Assembly: GCA_036509155.1 (NCBI GenBank)
Contig: DATCGB010000289.1
Coordinates: 1-31,608, forward strand
Source of the DNA: Candidatus Tumulicola sp.
Lineage (GTDB): Bacteria; Vulcanimicrobiota; Vulcanimicrobiia; Vulcanimicrobiales; Vulcanimicrobiaceae
Reading direction: 5' to 3'
DNA: 31,608 nt
Position numbers and translations under genes: made by a program. A model generated the notes under the pieces. That model had not been told where the DNA came from. It was given only the letters and a program-made list of their open reading frames with translations, and made no database searches. Below are positions 16,212 through 26,069 of this stretch, one piece after another. Numbering within the stretch: position 1 is the stretch's first letter; the number at the start of each line of letters is the position of its first letter.

Positions 16212-16316
16212 GCTAAAGGCTGATCATGCGACAAAGGTCGCTCGCATTGACGGCCTTTTGCCTAAAATCTCCTCGGCGACAAAAAGGAACTAAAGTCATT
16301 ATTCGATAACGAGATA

Positions 16317-16343
16317 GTGACTGTGGTTACTTTTGTTACTTGG
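16317..16343 (+). repeat. Three 9-bp-period direct repeats GTGACTGTG/GTTACTTTT/GTTACTTGG upstream of sbp
   Basis: GT(G/T)ACT at 16317, 16326 and 16335 in an AT-rich spacer. Confidence 0.55.
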
Positions 16344-16372
16344 TTCGCGAAAGAAGGAGCGTTTTCAGCACC

Positions 16373-17407
16373 ATGAAGCCGGTTGCGAGAATAAGGTTGT
16401 CGATCGTTGCGGTTGCCGTTTGCGCCGCCCTCGGCTTTGGGGCGCTCGGGCGCGTCCAAGCCGCCGGACCGCTGACGATCCTTAACGTGTCCTACGACCC
16501 GACGCGCGAACTGTACGACGACTACAACGTCGTGTTCGCCAAATATTGGAAGGCCAAGACTGGCCAGACCGTGACGATTCAGCAGTCGAACGGCGGATCC
16601 GGCAAACAGGCGCGCGCCGTGATCGACGGCTTGCAGGCCGACGTCGTGACGCTGGGATTGGCCTACGATATCGATGCGATCGCCCAAAAGGCCAAGCTGC
16701 TGCCGGATAACTGGCAGTCGCGTTTCCCCGACAACAGCGCGCCGTATACGTCGACCATGGTGTTCCTCGTCCGCACCGGCAACCCCAAGCACATCCGCGA
16801 CTGGAACGACCTGGTAAAGCCGGGCGTGTCGGTGATCATGCCTAATCCCAAGACGTCGGGCGGCGCGCGTTGGAACTTTTTGGCCGCTTGGGCGTATGCG
16901 CTCGGGCGACCCGGCGGCAACGATGCAAAAGCTCGCAGCTTCGTAGCCAGTCTCTACAAAAACGTTCCGGTTCTCGACTCGGGAGCGCGCGGTTCGACGA
17001 CGACCTTTGTGGAGCGCGGCATCGGCGACGTCTTAGTCGGCTGGGAAAATGACGCGCTGCTGGCCGTGCACGACCTCGGGAAGGGCAAGTTCCAGATCGT
17101 CGATCCGTCGATGAGCATTCTGGCCGAGCCGCCGGTCGCGGTGGTCGACAAGGTGGCCGACGGCAAGGGCACGCGCACCGTCGCGCAAGCCTATCTCCAA
17201 TATCTCTATTCGCCGGCGGGCCAAGAAATCGTCGCTCGACACTACTTTCGGCCGCGGATGGCGTCGGTCGCTAAGAAATACGCTTCACAGTTTGCCAAGA
17301 TCAAACTCGTCACCGTCGCGCAGGTCTTTGGAAACTGGCAAAAGGCACAATCCACCTACTTCGCGGACGGCGGCGTCTTCGACCAGATCTACCAGCCTAA
17401 CCGCTAG
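16373..17407 (+). CDS. sbp: Sulfate ABC transporter substrate-binding protein
   Basis: Signal peptide; [52 protein letters not shown] 16373 with AAGGAG upstream. Confidence 0.95.
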   Translation: MKPVARIRLSIVAVAVCAALGFGALGRVQAAGPLTILNVSYDPTRELYDDYNVVFAKYWKAKTGQTVTIQQSNGGSGKQARAVIDGLQADVVTLGLAYDIDAIAQKAKLLPDNWQSRFPDNSAPYTSTMVFLVRTGNPKHIRDWNDLVKPGVSVIMPNPKTSGGARWNFLAAWAYALGRPGGNDAKARSFVASLYKNVPVLDSGARGSTTTFVERGIGDVLVGWENDALLAVHDLGKGKFQIVDPSMSILAEPPVAVVDKVADGKGTRTVAQAYLQYLYSPAGQEIVARHYFRPRMASVAKKYASQFAKIKLVTVAQVFGNWQKAQSTYFADGGVFDQIYQPNR

Positions 17408-17425
17408 CATTCCGAACTAGTCGCC

Positions 17426-18286
17426 ATGAACATCGTTCTCAAACAACGCAGCATCCTGCCCGGCTTCGGCCTGGCGCTCGGCTTTACGGTATTCTACCTC
17501 AGCCTGCTCGTGCTGATCCCGTTGTCGGCGACGTTTTTCAAGGCGTCGACGCTCGGCTGGAGCACGTTCTGGCACCTGGTCACGACGCCGCGTGCGGTTG
17601 CCTCGTACGAGTTGAGTTTCGGCGCGTCGCTCGTGGCGGCCGCGATCAATCTGGTTTTCGGCATTCTGGTGGCGTGGGTGCTGGTGCGCTACCGCTTTCC
17701 GCTCAAAGGCCTGTTCGACTCGCTCGTCGACCTGCCGTTCGCACTGCCGACGGCGGTCGCTGGGATCGCGCTCACGTCGATCTACGCACCGACGGGTTGG
17801 CTGGGTCGTCCGCTGCTGGCCATGGGTATTCACGTCGCGTACACCCGGCTCGGCGTCGTCGTGGCGCTGACGTTCATCGGCCTGCCGTTCGTCGTGCGCA
17901 CGGTGCAGCCGGTTCTCGAAGATCTCGATCGAGAACTCGAGGAAGCGGCGGCCAGTCTCGGAGCGGGCCGATGGCAGACGTTTGCGCGCGTGCTGCTGCC
18001 GACGATTCTGCCGGCCGCGCTAACCGGATTTACGTTGGCGTTTGCGCGGGCCGTGGGCGAATACGGGTCGGTGATCTTCATCGCCGGCAATATGCCGATG
18101 CGGACCGAAATCACGCCCTTGCTGATCGTGACGAAACTCGAGCAGTACGACTATGCCGGCGCGACCGCGATTGCCGTCGCCATGCTGGTCGTTTCGTTCG
18201 CATTGCTGCTGGCGATCAACCTGTTGCAGAAATGGCACGCCGGCCGCAGCGGCCGCGACGAACTCGAGGCGGTGGCCGGTGGCTGA
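17426..18286 (+). CDS. cysT: Sulfate ABC transporter permease CysT
   Basis: [43 protein letters not shown] loop, [18 protein letters not shown]. Confidence 0.95.
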   Translation: MNIVLKQRSILPGFGLALGFTVFYLSLLVLIPLSATFFKASTLGWSTFWHLVTTPRAVASYELSFGASLVAAAINLVFGILVAWVLVRYRFPLKGLFDSLVDLPFALPTAVAGIALTSIYAPTGWLGRPLLAMGIHVAYTRLGVVVALTFIGLPFVVRTVQPVLEDLDRELEEAAASLGAGRWQTFARVLLPTILPAALTGFTLAFARAVGEYGSVIFIAGNMPMRTEITPLLIVTKLEQYDYAGATAIAVAMLVVSFALLLAINLLQKWHAGRSGRDELEAVAGG

Positions 18287-19154
18287 CGCGTTCGCGTTCC
18301 AAGCGGGCGTCGGGGTTCCGCCCGGCTATGCCGCACGCAGCGGAGCGACCTCGGAACCGGCGATCGTCCGCTGGCTGTTGATCGGTGCGGCCGCCGCATT
18401 TCTCGGACTGTTCTTGTTTCTGCCGCTGGCGGTCGTCTTCACTTCCGCATTCCAAAACGGATTCGGCGCATACGTCCGCGCGTTTTACGATCCCGATACG
18501 ATCTCGGCGATTCGTCTCACCCTGATTGCCGCCGCGATTTCCGTGCCGCTGAACGTGACGTTCGGCGTGGCGGCGGCGTGGGCGATCGGCAAGTTCGAGT
18601 TCTTCGGCAAGAGCCTTTTGGTTACGCTGATCGATCTGCCGTTTTCGGTCTCGCCGGTGGTTGCCGGTTTGGTTTTCGTATTGCTGTTCGGCCTGCAGGG
18701 AGTGCTCGGACCGTGGACGATCGCGCATGGCATCCGGATCATTTTTGCGGTTCCCGGGATCGTGCTGGTGACGATGTTCGTGACGGTCCCGTTCGTCGCG
18801 CGCGAGCTGCTTCCCACCATGCAGGCTCAAGGCAACGACGAAGAAGAGGCAGCGCTGACGCTCGGCGCGAGCGGCTGGAAGACGTTTTGGCGGGTGACGC
18901 TGCCGAACGTGAAGTGGGCGCTGCTGTACGGCGTGATCCTGTGCAACGCGCGCGCCATGGGCGAGTTCGGTGCGGTGTCGGTCGTCTCGGGACATATCCG
19001 CGGGCTTACCGACACGATGCCGTTGCAGATCGAAATTCTGTATAACGACTATCAGTTCGTGCCGGCTTTTGCGGTCGCGACGCTGCTCGCGCTGTTGGCG
19101 CTCACGACCCTGGTGGTCAAGAGCGTCGTGGAATGGAGAATGGGTCGGCGATGA
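18279..19154 (+). CDS. cysW: Sulfate ABC transporter permease CysW
   Basis: [52 protein letters not shown] 18279 inferred, overlapping the cysT end. Confidence 0.95.
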   Translation: MADAFAFQAGVGVPPGYAARSGATSEPAIVRWLLIGAAAAFLGLFLFLPLAVVFTSAFQNGFGAYVRAFYDPDTISAIRLTLIAAAISVPLNVTFGVAAAWAIGKFEFFGKSLLVTLIDLPFSVSPVVAGLVFVLLFGLQGVLGPWTIAHGIRIIFAVPGIVLVTMFVTVPFVARELLPTMQAQGNDEEEAALTLGASGWKTFWRVTLPNVKWALLYGVILCNARAMGEFGAVSVVSGHIRGLTDTMPLQIEILYNDYQFVPAFAVATLLALLALTTLVVKSVVEWRMGRR

Positions 19155-20203
19155 GCATCTCCGTTCGCGGCGTTACCAAGAAGTTCGGCACGTTCGCGGC
19201 GCTGGACAACGTCGATCTGGAAATCCCGGAGGGCCAGCTCGTGGCGCTCCTCGGACCGTCGGGTTCGGGGAAGACGACGCTGCTGCGAATCATCGCCGGG
19301 TTGGAGTTTGCCGACGCCGGTTCGATTCGTTTCGACGGTGCCGACATCTCCCAGCGTTCGGCCGGCGAACGCCGCGTCGGATTCGTCTTTCAGCACTATG
19401 CGCTGTTTCGCCACATGACCGTTTTCGAGAACATCGCGTTCGGGTTGCGGGTACGGCCGCGTTCGGCTCGGCCGAGCGAGACGCAGATTCGCGCCAAAGT
19501 CCACGAACTGCTGCGTTTGATTCAGCTGCAGAACCAAGCGTCGCGCTTCCCGTCGCAGCTTTCGGGAGGCCAGCGTCAGCGCGTCGCGCTGGCTCGCGCG
19601 CTGGCGGTCGAACCGAGCGTGCTGCTGCTCGACGAACCTTTCGGCGCGTTAGACGCGAAGGTTCGGCTCGAGCTGCGGCGTTGGCTGCGGCAGCTGCACG
19701 ACGAAGTCCACATCACCAGCGTGTTCGTCACCCACGATCAGGAAGAGGCCCTCGAGGTCGCCGACAGCGTCGCCGTGATGAACGAAGGCCGGATCGAGCA
19801 GATCGGCGCCCCCGACGAGGTGTATAACCACCCGGCGACGTCGTTCGTCTTCAACTTCTTGGGCAGCGTCAACCTATTCCACGGGCGAATCGACAACGGC
19901 ACGACCTACATCCACCAGACGGCGACCGACCATCTGGTCTTCGTGCGTCCGCATTCCCTCGAAGTTACCAAGAGCTCGCCGGTAGGCGCCAACCACTTCC
20001 GAGCTACGACCAAGCACATCAACGCCGCCGGGCCCGTTGTAAAGGTCGAGGCGGTCACCGAGTGGGGCGCACCCGTTCAAGTCGAGATGTCGCAGGAGCG
20101 CTTTCGGGAGCTGGCCCTCGTGAAGGGAGACGCGGTTTTTGTCGTCCCCCGAGAGCTGACCGTCTTTCGCAGCGGAGACGGTACCCTAGCCGCGAAACCC
20201 TAA
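19151..20203 (+). CDS. cysA: Sulfate ABC transporter ATP-binding protein CysA
   Basis: Walker [44 protein letters not shown]-terminal TOBE-like domain. ATGA overlap with cysW. Confidence 0.95.
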   Translation: MSISVRGVTKKFGTFAALDNVDLEIPEGQLVALLGPSGSGKTTLLRIIAGLEFADAGSIRFDGADISQRSAGERRVGFVFQHYALFRHMTVFENIAFGLRVRPRSARPSETQIRAKVHELLRLIQLQNQASRFPSQLSGGQRQRVALARALAVEPSVLLLDEPFGALDAKVRLELRRWLRQLHDEVHITSVFVTHDQEEALEVADSVAVMNEGRIEQIGAPDEVYNHPATSFVFNFLGSVNLFHGRIDNGTTYIHQTATDHLVFVRPHSLEVTKSSPVGANHFRATTKHINAAGPVVKVEAVTEWGAPVQVEMSQERFRELALVKGDAVFVVPRELTVFRSGDGTLAAKP

Positions 20204-20359
20204 GAGCCCATCGGCTCCTGGTGGTCCGACCGTGGTGCGGTGTTGCTGCCGAACCGCGGCGCTGGGCCAAGGGGTGGCCCTAAACGCTATCGCGAACCCG
20301 ATGCGTTCCGTCGCTCGCCAGGGTCAGCAGTCGCAATCTCGGAGAGTTTACAAGGTTAG

Positions 20360-21148
20360 ATGAATTTCGTCCATCTCGAGCTGATCCTCATCGGCCTAGT
20401 CGTTGGAATTCTCGTCGGATTGACCGGTGTCGGCGGCGGCAGCATCATGACACCGATGCTCGTTCAAGTTCTCAAAGTCAACCCGCTCGTGGCGGTCGGT
20501 ACCGACCTCCTGTACAGCGTCCCAACGCGCCTGTACGGGGCGTTTCTGCACCGGCAGCAGGGCACGGTCAACGGCGAGATCGTCAAGGCGTTGCTGTGGG
20601 GCGGCCTGCCGGCGTCGATCGTGGGACTCGCGCTGCTGTATTGGCTGCGCCACCACATCGACGTGGCCATCGTGGAGCTGTGGACGCGGCGCGCGATCGG
20701 AATCACCCTCTTTCTTGCCGCTGGGATGATCCTCGGCCAACCCTTACTCAAGCGACAGGAAGTGCGTGCGCCCGGCGCACCTCTCACCTGGAAAGCGGGG
20801 CGCCGCGCGCGCGTGATCGCCCTCGGAGCGCTAGTTGGATTCATCGTGACGCTTACCTCGATCGGCAGCGGCGCGGTCACTTTGCCGCTGCTGGCCCTCG
20901 CGTTGCCGATGGTGGGCCTGCCGGAGCTGATCGGCTCGGACATTGCGTTTGCCGCATTTCTGATTCCCGCCGCGGCGTTCGGGCGATGGACGATGGGGGA
21001 CGTAGACGTCGGCCTGGCCATCAACCTCCTGATCGGCTCGTTGCCGGGCGTGTACATCGGCAGCAAGCTATGCACGCGTCTGCACGCACGCTGGCTGCGG
21101 CCGGCCGTTGCGGTAACGCTCATCTTCGTCGCAACGCGCCTGATCTAA
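20360..21148 (+). CDS. TSUP (TauE/SafE, sulfite exporter family) transporter
   Basis: GLTGVGGGSIMTP, AVGTDL, LTSIGSG, IGSDIA, GSLPG motifs; about eight TM segments. Confidence 0.92.
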   Translation: MNFVHLELILIGLVVGILVGLTGVGGGSIMTPMLVQVLKVNPLVAVGTDLLYSVPTRLYGAFLHRQQGTVNGEIVKALLWGGLPASIVGLALLYWLRHHIDVAIVELWTRRAIGITLFLAAGMILGQPLLKRQEVRAPGAPLTWKAGRRARVIALGALVGFIVTLTSIGSGAVTLPLLALALPMVGLPELIGSDIAFAAFLIPAAAFGRWTMGDVDVGLAINLLIGSLPGVYIGSKLCTRLHARWLRPAVAVTLIFVATRLI

Positions 21149-21261
21149 CCGCTCTCGCGGGCGACCTCGTCACACGATGTCGATAAACTGTGAATAAGAG
21201 AGAATTTCTGTGGAGATGTTGTGGAACGGAACGCACGCCTCTTGCGGATGCCTTCTCGGCT

Positions 21262-21298
21262 TTGCTACCATAGCAACACTTCGCATAACAGCGAAGTG
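21262..21298. other. Two abutting inverted repeats (TTGCTA-cca-TAGCAA; CACTTCGC-ataaca-GCGAAGTG)
   Basis: Arms at 21262-21267/21271-21276 and 21277-21284/21291-21298, read directly. Confidence 0.55.
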
Positions 21299-21441
21299 CG
21301 GACGATATTTAAGCCGCGGTCAGACATGCCGACGATCGTTGCGAAAGCGCGATCCGAGTGTCCCGACCGAACCGGATCCAGTACGTCGGTGAGGGGTTGG
21401 TAACGATCCCAAACAGGTGGAACCAACCGGAGATATGGCAG

Positions 21442-21470
21442 AGCCCGTAGCCTCGCGCTGCGGGCTTTGT
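21442..21470 (+). terminator. Terminator-like hairpin about 65 nt upstream of the OPT start
   Basis: AGCCCGTAGC-ctcgc-GCTGCGGGCT (10 bp, one G.U) followed by only a short T-rich tail (TTTGT). Confidence 0.38.
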
Positions 21471-21533
21471 ACGTCCCGGGCCGCGGTCGAGCGTTCGGGC
21501 GGGAATGCAGGCTAGGCGAAGAACACCCGCGCC

Positions 21534-23531
21534 ATGAGGGGAGCGCGTTTGCGCGCAGCGACTGACGGCGTAGAAGACCGGCGGCTCGAGCTTACCGTAC
21601 GCGGGCTCGTTCTCGGCGCCGGAATCACGCTGGTCTTTACGGCCGCCAACGTGTACCTCGGCCTCAAAGTGGGCTTGACGTTCGCGTCGACGATTCCGGC
21701 GGCCGTCATCTCGATGGCCGTGTTGCGCGTTTTCAAGAACGCCACGATTTTCGAAAACAACATCGTGCAGACGGTCGCGTCGGCCGCCGGAACGCTTTCC
21801 GCGATCATTTTCGTTTTGCCCGGCCTCGTGATGATCGGCTGGTGGACGGGATTTCCGTTTTGGGAATCGTTCGGCATTTGCGCCGTCGGCGGAATCCTCG
21901 GCGTGATGTACAGCGTTCCGCTTCGGCGCGCGCTGGTCACGCAGTCGAACCTGCCGTATCCCGAAGGCGTCGCCGCAGCCGAAGTCTTGAAGGTCGGCGT
22001 GGGAGGCGCGGCCGACGTCGAGCACCACCGAGCCGGTGTGTGGGCCTTGGTGATCGGCACGCTGGCCTCGGCCGGCTTTGCGGCCGTCGTCGCGACGCGA
22101 ATCTTTGCGGGCGAGGTCTCCGCGTATTTTCGCGTCGGTCCCGCGACGACGGGCATGGGTCTGGCGTTTTCGCTGGCGCTGGTAGGCGCCGGTCACCTGA
22201 TCGGTCTCTCGGTCGGGCTCGCAATTCTCGCCGGCCTGATCGTTGCGTGGGGCGTCGCGACCCCGGTGCTGACCGCTCTGCATCCGATGGCCGGCCCGGC
22301 GGCCGACGTCGCTACCGCGGTTTGGTCGCATCAAGTGCGATTCATCGGCGCCGGTGCGATCGGGGTGGCGGCGATGTGGACGCTCGGCCGGCTGGCCAAA
22401 CCGGTCGCGGGCGGCGTCGCATCGGCAATCGCGGCCTCACGGCATCGCGCGGCCGGCGGCGCCCGCCTTCCGCGCGTCGAGCGCGACATCCCGATCGGCT
22501 TGGTCGGCATCATAAGCCTGCTTTGCCTAATCCCGCTGGGAGTTTTGCTGGCGACGTTTCTGTCCGGCAGCGCGCTCTCGTCGCACGTCGTGCCGCTCGT
22601 GCTGGGCGCGATCGCCTACGTCGTAGTTGCGGGATTTCTGGTGGCGGCCGCCTGCGGCTACATGGCCGGGCTCATCGGCTCTTCAAACAGTCCGGTGTCG
22701 GGTCTCGCGATCCTGGCGGTAATCGGCGCGTCGCTAATGCTGCTGGCTCTGGCCGACCGGTCGAATCCGGCTGCCGGATCGGCGCTCGTAGCGTACGCAT
22801 TGTTCGTTACGGCCATTTTGGTCTGCGTCGCGACGATCGCGAACGACAACTTGCAAGATCTCAAGACCGGTCAGCTGGTTGACGCGACCCCGTGGCGGCA
22901 GCAGGCCGCACTGATTTTCGGCGTCCTGATGGGCGCGCTGGTGATTCCGCCGATCCTCGATTTGCTCAATCATGCGTACGGGTTTGCGGGCGCGCCGCAC
23001 CACGCGACCGTGTCGCAAGCGCTTCCCGCGCCGCAGGCGACGCTCATCTCGGCGCTAGCCAAGGGCGTCATCCAGGGACAAATCGACTGGAACCTGATCG
23101 GTACCGGCGCGCTGGTCGGCCTGGCCTTCGTCGGTTTGGACGAGCTGCTACGGGTCACCGGGCGCTTCCGGCTGCCGCCGTTGGCGGTCGGTCTGGGAAT
23201 ATACTTACCGGCGTCGACGACCGTGCCGGTGGTCGTCGGCGCGTTGTTGGGTTACGCGTATAACCGTTGGGCGAGCGGCAAGAGTAACGCCGACAAGGCC
23301 AAACAACTCGGCGTTTTGGTCGCGTCGGGACTGATCGTCGGCGAGAGCCTGTTCGGCGTGCTGCTGGCCGGCCTGATCGTCGTTACCAACAAGCCGAATC
23401 CCCTATCGCTGGTAGGCGACTCGTTTGGGTCCGTCGGAACGATACTCGGTGGGATTGCCTTCGTGCTGACCGTGATCGGTCTGTACCTGTGGACCGGCCG
23501 ACTGTCGCAGCGCCCGGCGCGCGACCTTTAG
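21534..23531 (+). CDS. Oligopeptide transporter, OPT family
   Basis: ELTVRGLVLG, ANVYLGLKVG, TIPAAVISMA, FENNIVQT, LPYPEG, SNSPVSG, NDNLQDLKTG, PAPQA, ASGLIVGES. Confidence 0.95.
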   Translation: MRGARLRAATDGVEDRRLELTVRGLVLGAGITLVFTAANVYLGLKVGLTFASTIPAAVISMAVLRVFKNATIFENNIVQTVASAAGTLSAIIFVLPGLVMIGWWTGFPFWESFGICAVGGILGVMYSVPLRRALVTQSNLPYPEGVAAAEVLKVGVGGAADVEHHRAGVWALVIGTLASAGFAAVVATRIFAGEVSAYFRVGPATTGMGLAFSLALVGAGHLIGLSVGLAILAGLIVAWGVATPVLTALHPMAGPAADVATAVWSHQVRFIGAGAIGVAAMWTLGRLAKPVAGGVASAIAASRHRAAGGARLPRVERDIPIGLVGIISLLCLIPLGVLLATFLSGSALSSHVVPLVLGAIAYVVVAGFLVAAACGYMAGLIGSSNSPVSGLAILAVIGASLMLLALADRSNPAAGSALVAYALFVTAILVCVATIANDNLQDLKTGQLVDATPWRQQAALIFGVLMGALVIPPILDLLNHAYGFAGAPHHATVSQALPAPQATLISALAKGVIQGQIDWNLIGTGALVGLAFVGLDELLRVTGRFRLPPLAVGLGIYLPASTTVPVVVGALLGYAYNRWASGKSNADKAKQLGVLVASGLIVGESLFGVLLAGLIVVTNKPNPLSLVGDSFGSVGTILGGIAFVLTVIGLYLWTGRLSQRPARDL

Positions 23532-23538
23532 TAGGCTC

Positions 23539-23931
23539 CTAGGCGAGAAGCTTGGGGGTGACTCGGAAGGCACCCGAAGCGCAAATCTCGACGATCTCGG
23601 CGCCGCTGAGCCGGCGAAAGCTCACGTTGCAGTATTCGAACGCTTCGCCCGCCTCGGTCGCATCGTAGCGCGCTTGCGCGCCCGAGTTGAGTTTCGGCCG
23701 TTGCTGTACGGTCTGATTTTTGAAGTTCACGCGATAGACGAGATCCTCGCCGAAGAGAAAAATCTCACCGCGGCTGTTGGCGTATCCGCCGTAGACCGGT
23801 TCCGAGGGTTCTTGGACGAGGCGGTCCTTCGACTTCCGGCTTACGATATCGAGGGTCGCAACGGGCGTGGGCGTGGGCGCGTACAGCATCATACGCAACT
23901 TGAAACCAGCGCCGAGTGAAAATGGTTGCAT
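23539..23931 (-). CDS. Hypothetical protein (130 aa)
   Basis: GAGGTG SD shortly before ATG 23931; fills the gap between OPT and the cyclophilin with balanced amino-acid composition; no family recognised. Confidence 0.6.
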   Translation of the reverse strand: MQPFSLGAGFKLRMMLYAPTPTPVATLDIVSRKSKDRLVQEPSEPVYGGYANSRGEIFLFGEDLVYRVNFKNQTVQQRPKLNSGAQARYDATEAGEAFEYCNVSFRRLSGAEIVEICASGAFRVTPKLLA

Positions 23932-23979
23932 AGCCACCTCGAAAGGCCGGCGCCCGGCCGTTTGGCGAATCACTTGGCC

Positions 23980-24609
23980 GTGAATATTCTCGTTGCCGCG
24001 CTCTCAGTCGCGCTCGCCACCCATCCGACCCCACCGCCTCCGGACCCGGCGCTGCTGCATCCGGCGAGCCTGACCGCGAAGGCTCCGGCCCAATACGACG
24101 TGGCCTTCAAAACGACGAAAGGCGACTTCGTCATAGCGGTCACCCGCTCGTGGTCGCCGCGCGGAGCCGATCGTTTCTACAATCTCGTCAAGCATGGGTT
24201 TTTTAACGGTGCGCCGTTCTTTCGGGTCGTTTCGGGCTTCGTCGTTCAGTTCGGACTGAGTCCGAATCCGGCGGTAAACACGGCTTGGAACGATGCGAAA
24301 ATCAAAGACGACCCGGTCGTCGGGAGCAATCGTCCAGGTTACGTCAGCTTCGCCTCGGCCGGCCCGAATAGCCGTACGACCCAAATATTCGTCGATTTAG
24401 GCGACAACGCGCGCCTGGACGGCATGGGTTTTTCGCCCTTCGGCAAGGTCGTTTCAGGCTTGAGCGTCGTGCAAAAATTCTACGGCGGTTACGGCGAGTC
24501 GCCCGACCAGAGTGCGATCGCCGCGCAAGGGAAGGCGTACGTACAGGCGCATTACCCCAAACTCGACCGCGTCATTTCGGCCAAGCTCGTGCCGGCCGCC
24601 CATCACTAG
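23980..24609 (+). CDS. Cyclophilin-type peptidyl-prolyl cis-trans isomerase, probably exported
   Basis: TTKGDF, SPRGADRFYNLV, FFRVVSGFVVQFG, SFASAGPNSRTTQIF, LDGMGFSPFGKV. Hydrophobic N-terminus plus PTPPPP linker; GTG 23980 inferred. Confidence 0.92.
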   Translation: MNILVAALSVALATHPTPPPPDPALLHPASLTAKAPAQYDVAFKTTKGDFVIAVTRSWSPRGADRFYNLVKHGFFNGAPFFRVVSGFVVQFGLSPNPAVNTAWNDAKIKDDPVVGSNRPGYVSFASAGPNSRTTQIFVDLGDNARLDGMGFSPFGKVVSGLSVVQKFYGGYGESPDQSAIAAQGKAYVQAHYPKLDRVISAKLVPAAHH

Positions 24610-24610
24610 C

Positions 24611-25960
24611 CTATTCCGGGTCGACCGGCAGATACGAAGGTTTTTCACGTTCGAAATGCGACCGCGACATCGGCGCCGCGATTTGCACGAATTTGCGCGG
24701 GGGCTGCGTGAAGTCGAACACGTCGGCCATGCTGGCCGCTCGGACGTCGGTCGTTCCGACTCGCGGAATGGCCCAGTTGTCCTCGACGAACTTCAGGATG
24801 CTGCCGAACTCGTACGACGTGTGTGAAACGTAGCCTTTCTTCGCATACGGCGAAATCACGAGCATCGGGACGCGAAACCCCAGGCCTTGGTAGTCCAGCT
24901 GCGGCGGCGCGACGTGATCGTAAAATCCGCCCCAGTCGTCCCAGATGACGATAACGGCCGTGGAATTCCACGCCGGGCTCCCGCCGATCGCGTTGACGAC
25001 TTGCGCGACCCACGAAGGTCCGCCGGTCACGTCGTGGCCAGGATGGTCGGAATTTTTTGCATCGGGAGCGATCCAGGAAACCGCCGGCAGTGCGTTCGCC
25101 GCGATATCCTTGAAAATCGTCGTCTCGGGCGTGACGACATTGGTCTGCCACTCGGGGCCGTTTCGCACCGCCGCGATCGCGTCGAAGGCCGACCAAATTT
25201 TTCCAACGTTCGTGTTCACCGGCGGCGCGTAGTACTTCCACGAGATGCCGCCGGCGTCGAGGGAATCGCGCAGCGTCGGATAGGTTAGACACGGAAACGG
25301 TCCTGCCCCGTGATGCACGATGCGGTCGGCGGTCAGCAGCGACGTGACCGTGTTTTTCGGCGCGTCGCAGCCCCAAACGTCGCTCGACGGGTAGTTCACC
25401 AGCGCTTCTTTGGAGTCGATCGCGGTGCTGCCGGCGATGAGATCCTGGTGGCCGATGAAACTGCCGCTGGATTGCGTTTCGAACATGTGGTCGGCCAACA
25501 CGTACTGTTGCGCCATCGTCCAGTACGGCTGAATGTCGCTTGGATTGACATATTGATACGGATAGAGTTCCGCGGGTGGTCCGCCGCCCCACGCGCCGAG
25601 GTTGATCGAATCGAATCCGTCCATCTTGCCGCCGTCGAACTCGGTCACGAACGCCTTCCACGTGTGATCGAGATCTACGCCGCCGAGCGGCACTTCCTTC
25701 AACGAGACGGTTCCGTTATGCGTCTGTCCGGTCGTCGTACCGTCCGCTCCGGGATAGGTCGCAAAGAAGTTATCGAACGTTCGGTTCTCCTGAATCATGA
25801 TAACGACGTGTTTGATGTACTTTGGAGTTTCGACCGGCTGGCTTGTGGGCGTCGGTTGGGGAGGCGGCAGCGAACCACCGCCCGTTTGCGAGCCGCCTCC
25901 GGAACATCCGCTTGCGGCCACCAGCGCGAACAGCGCGGCGAGAAGAACGCGAACCTTCAT
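24611..25960 (-). CDS. Phosphoesterase / phospholipase C (AcpA/PlcH family) lipoprotein
   Basis: [19 protein letters not shown] lipobox-like signal, Pro-rich linker, [47 protein letters not shown]. Confidence 0.88.
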   Translation of the reverse strand: MKVRVLLAALFALVAASGCSGGGSQTGGGSLPPPQPTPTSQPVETPKYIKHVVIMIQENRTFDNFFATYPGADGTTTGQTHNGTVSLKEVPLGGVDLDHTWKAFVTEFDGGKMDGFDSINLGAWGGGPPAELYPYQYVNPSDIQPYWTMAQQYVLADHMFETQSSGSFIGHQDLIAGSTAIDSKEALVNYPSSDVWGCDAPKNTVTSLLTADRIVHHGAGPFPCLTYPTLRDSLDAGGISWKYYAPPVNTNVGKIWSAFDAIAAVRNGPEWQTNVVTPETTIFKDIAANALPAVSWIAPDAKNSDHPGHDVTGGPSWVAQVVNAIGGSPAWNSTAVIVIWDDWGGFYDHVAPPQLDYQGLGFRVPMLVISPYAKKGYVSHTSYEFGSILKFVEDNWAIPRVGTTDVRAASMADVFDFTQPPRKFVQIAAPMSRSHFEREKPSYLPVDPE

Positions 25961-26069
25961 TGCCGAAGCGAATACCGTCCTCGGCGCACCGTTTCCCCCT
26001 TCGCCTTCCACGTCGAAACGCGCATTTTCGGCGTCGCGCAATGAGGATAGGACCGGAGTCATCATTATC

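Noticed and set aside
16212-16310. Sigma28/FliA-like TAAA...CGATAA/GCGACAAA promoter elements
   Set aside because: Spacing is 7-10 nt rather than about 15 nt.
21210-21403. 60-aa ORFs and other short frames in the OPT upstream gap
   Set aside because: No convincing SD/start pairing, no family signal, and overlapping alternatives of equal weakness.
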